A stretch of 61,748 nucleotides of DNA, the filler included, from Globobulimina sp. (lineage: Eukaryota): the NCBI GenBank assembly GCA_003354225.1. It is 16 parts of 16 records of this genome, joined end to end, with 100 filler letters (N's around TTAATTAATTAA, not from the genome) between each part and the next. Parts side by side here need not be neighbours in the genome. Positions count along the whole stretch, not along the records: positions 57,987 to 61,748 come from PIVH01002142.1; 15 more parts are not named here. One strand, written 5' to 3'. A program made the translations under genes and the position numbers. The notes under the pieces were generated by a model. It made no database searches and was not told the origin of the DNA. It worked only from the letters and a program-made list of their open reading frames with translations. Positions 58,798-61,748 of this stretch are shown here, piece by piece (position 1 is the stretch's first letter; each line of letters opens with the position of its first letter).

Positions 58798-60048
58798 CTG
58801 CATAATGCGGTGTGCCACACGGCGTTTCCAACGAAAACACTTCCTCCGGAATAATATTCTTTTTATCAATATCGGTCTGCGACATCAACTTTCCATTTAT
58901 TTTCAATCGATTCGATAGCCCAAAATCGATAATCTTCATCGTATTATCATGCGGCTCCACATACATTAAATTCTCCGGCTTCGTATATGTATATAATATG
59001 TATATAAAATGATTATAATTTCCAGATATAATACCTTCAAATCACGGTGCACGATGCCCAACGAATGCAAATGTTTCAAGGCCAACGCGACTTGTTTTAT
59101 CAACTTCGAAGCTTGGATCTCTGTAAATGTCTGTTGCTCCATCACGCGGTCAAAAACATTGCCGCCCCCACAATAATCCAACACGATGAAAATGTGTTGC
59201 GTGGTCTCGCACCAATCATGAATCCGAATCACATTCCTATGGAATACCAGAGCCAGCGCCGAAATTTCCCGCCGCATTGCACGGACATCGTCAGAGTTCG
59301 CCTTTTGTTTCTTCACGATTTTCATCGCCAAAATGCGCTCATTATTTTTCTTTTTGCATCGATAAATCTTCGCGAAACTGCCTTGCCCGATAATCCTCGA
59401 CATCTCCACCAAATATTTGCCCATAAACTCGTGCTTCGAAAGCGATTCCAACTTCGCAGGGCGCGACAATGTCATTGTACGGATGCGGCGCGACGGCTTT
59501 TTGCTGTTTATATACATGAAATTGACTACATTTGCCTCGGTCGCCGGCGTTTCTGTGGCAGCGCCAAAGGTTGGCGTAGTCATAGATTTTTCGATGGATA
59601 TTTTAAAGTGATTACTGGTGGCGGACCGTGGGGAAATTGGTGGAGGCAATGTCGGTCTCGGCTTCTTTGGCAACATTTTTTTGGGGATGATTTTGTATTT
59701 TGTCACACTTTTATTTGGGTTTTTGGGCAGTGTATGCTTTGGAGGCGGCGGTATGGCCTCCGCTTCGCGGATACGTTGGAATTTTTTGCTGTTTTGCTGT
59801 GTGGGCTCGAATAATTTGTACATTTTTTCCAGTGGCTGCCACATGATTTGCTCTGTTGTGTTGAGCATGGATTCTACGGTGGGTTCGATGGGCTGGACAT
59901 CGATGCGCGAAATGATGGGCAGCGGCGATTTGGACCGGCTGTGCGGTAACGAGTATCTTTGAGGTCTCTGAGGCAATGAATGCGACCACGGTCTGTAGGC
60001 TGCTTTGGATGGTTTGTTAGGCTCTGTCTGTTCTGCTGTTTCTGTCAA
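58798..60048 (-). CDS. CAMK-group Ser/Thr kinase domain, C-lobe missing
   Basis: IGQGSFAKIY, AMKIV, REISAL, HRDLK|PENL, IIDFGLS, CGTPHYA; no APE or later subdomains in the contig. Confidence 0.88.
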
Positions 60049-60082
60049 TGTTTGTTGCAGTGTGACAGTGCGAGGATATATG

Positions 60083-61748
60083 TTACATATAAATACCTGT
60101 AGTTTTTGCAGTTTTTAGTTGATCAATTTGAGCTTTTAGTTGTTTGATATTATTTTTTAATTTCGATAGTTGCACGGCGTTATCATGCAAATATTCGGCA
60201 AACATGGAGAAGGCCGCCACATTTTGATGGTATCTTTCGATCAATAAATGATGCGTATATTCATGGTTCAGAATGGTTAATAATGAAATTGTGCATAGTT
60301 TTTCATCATAGATATACTGTTCATGGATATCTATACTTTGATGGTATTCCCAGATTAATATTTTAATGTATTGCACGATCATCGACAGTTCCAAAGGCAA
60401 CATATTATTCAAAAAGTCGTTGTTGTCATTGTGGTGTTTGTTATTTCGTTGTTGATAATGTTGATATGTAATTAAATCGGAGAGTAATGAGGAAATAAAT
60501 AATTCAAAACTGCGCTGGCTTAATTGTCTTGTTTTGGGATTGTAAATGTAATAATAATCGAATCTGTCGCTTAGGTACTTGTTGGGATCAGGTGTGGTCA
60601 TAATAAATTTGAATAGTTGCGGTATTATGGAGTCACGAATAGTATCGAATTTCAGTGATGTTTTTGGCAGTAAGTTGTATGGTATTGTTGTTTCTGGCAA
60701 TTCATATAGAATTTGCATTGAGTTTGTTGCACTTTCTACGCATAATTCTTGCATCCATGGTATTAATAAAGGGACTAAAAAGCCAAATGATGCTGTAACA
60801 TTCTCTGCTTTATCCGCAAGGGAAGTTACCATCAATGCCATGCTACAAAAAAAGTTTTTGAGCAAGGATTAGAATAAAATAAGAATAAAAGAAAAAAAGA
60901 AATGTAGGAAAAAATAAAAATAATAAATTATACTGTAAATTAATATCAATTGGTACTGTCAGCCATAGTTTCCTCAACAATTGTTTGCAATGAATAATAT
61001 TTTTTTTCTTTTTCTACAAATAATCTTATACTTGAGACAAATGATAAATGTCCATGATCCAAACTGGATAAATACTGTGGAAATATTGATAAATCGGGTC
61101 GAATAAATGATAGATCGAAAATTATGATATTTTGGATCATTCTTATTAAACAAAATAAAGCTGCCAATGGAATATATGTAAAATCATTTATAATCAGAAT
61201 TAATGAGCAATATTTATTATCCATTTGATTTTTAAACCATAATTTAATGATTAAATATTGAAAAATAAACATTTCGAATATATAATAAAGAAAATAACAT
61301 AAAATATATTTCCAAACACCGTTTTCAATCAATAATGATTGAATATCAGTACTTAACGTAGCACCGGAATTAAATAAATAATATGACAGCTGCTATTATC
61401 ATATTATTCAAATTCCACTGTACGACATACCTTAATATTAAACCAAATACTACTGCACATAAAATAGATATCAATGCAGATCCAAAAACAATACAACATG
61501 CAATTGAAGAGATAAATTTACTGCTCCACCATAGCGGATAGTCATTAATATCATATTGACTCAATTTTTTACCTGAAATATTATATCCATGTCGCATATA
61601 AGCAATCCTTTGTCGCCAACTACGAGCAATAACCAACGAACCAAATATACCAAATATTAAACCAAGAATACTCCCAAATAACAATGCATCAGATATTGGT
61701 TTACAAAATAAATATATTGTTTTACTCATTGCTATGGTCCAATCGTGC
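60083..61748 (-). CDS. STRA6-like multi-pass membrane region plus helical region, probably upstream exons of the kinase gene
   Basis: RSWRQRIAYMRHG and RPDLSIFPQYLSSLDHGHLSFVS resemble STRA6/RBP-receptor motifs. A GTATTT..GACAG intron near 60045-60100 joins this region in frame to the kinase exon. Confidence 0.5.

Noticed and set aside
59047-59962. Long + strand ORFs antisense to the kinase, and similar shadow ORFs elsewhere
   Set aside because: These are antisense shadows of GC-richer coding sequence with no independent motifs.

Overview
This window is not one locus. It is 16 unrelated contigs (3769 down to 3762 bp, sorted by decreasing length) joined by identical 100-bp artificial linkers (N44-TTAATTAATTAA-N44), so adjacency across linkers is meaningless. 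The DNA is AT-rich, gene-dense and eukaryotic, with short (~55-105 nt) GT-AG introns and the standard genetic code. The gene families (7TM-RGS, RCC1-repeat surface protein with PT stalk, propeller/SAM-like proteins, RelA/SpoT-like NTase with ankyrin repeats) resemble a foraminiferan or other rhizarian protist; this is inference. Recognisable genes include AspRS, a MYND protein, a CHD remodeler, a Rab2-like GTPase, a PHD/chromo protein, a DEAH helicase, an APE-type LINE, lipases, a SYLF/Ysc84 protein, a PIN-like transporter, a metallophosphoesterase, a GH20 hexosaminidase, a WD40 protein, insulysin, an RBR ligase, a TPR protein, an XRN2 fragment and a CAMK kinase. Best leads: (1) a eukaryotic RelA/SpoT-like synthetase-ankyrin protein next to a calcineurin-like phosphoesterase; (2) a SelM-like selenoprotein (CSGU) absent from the ORF track; (3) a contig that circularises through a 119-bp terminal repeat and so restores a split gene; (4) an RBR E3 ligase with a FYVE domain inserted in its IBR and a CaaX tail; (5) an in-frame UGA-C separating secreted and membrane-anchored forms of an RCC1 protein; (6) a possible STRA6-like/kinase fusion. 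All family assignments come from reading motifs by eye, not from database searches.
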